The position numbers were made by a program, and so were the translations under genes. This document shows, in pieces, positions 63,991-64,000 of a DNA stretch of 64,000 nt (positions are counted from its first letter, which is position 1; the number at the start of each line of letters is the position of its first letter). The notes under the pieces were generated by a model. It had not been told where the DNA came from. It saw nothing but the letters and a program-made list of their open reading frames with translations, and did not search any database. The stretch is from Camelus ferus (taxonomy: Eukaryota): positions 20,462,001 to 20,526,000 of the forward strand of contig NC_045697.1 in assembly GCF_009834535.1 (NCBI RefSeq), in the 5' to 3' direction.

Positions 63991-64000
63991 CAATTAAATG

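Noticed and set aside
1..64000. CRISPR arrays, rRNA, prokaryotic operons or a full-length provirus
   Set aside because: None seen; the sequence is mammalian and the ERV sequences appear to be solo LTRs.

Overview
AT-rich mammalian genomic DNA, most likely camelid, judged from four copies of a tRNA-derived SINE that match the camelid Vic-1 type. I find no intact protein-coding gene. About half the window is interspersed repeats: L1, L2, MIR, several solo ERV LTRs, MaLR/ERVL LTRs, MER5A/MER20-like DNA transposons and microsatellites. The main unexplained structure is a chain of about 20 exon-like blocks on the minus strand, running from about 63 kb to about 1.6 kb. Many are bounded by polypyrimidine-AG acceptors and some by GT(A/G)AGT-type donors. 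Their translations carry stops and frameshifts but repeatedly show RGS-domain-like motifs, in the same order as in RGSL1, plus RGS22-like pieces. I interpret this as a decayed, distant RGSL1/RGS22-family paralog (candidate unitary pseudogene) with more RGS-like modules than RGSL1. The protein comparisons were made by eye against sequences recalled from memory and need confirmation by search. Secondary observations are an ungapped 197-bp inverted duplication (87% identical), an L1 with a probable 3' transduction and about 50-bp flanking direct repeats, a twin-primed inverted L1, and nested insertions.
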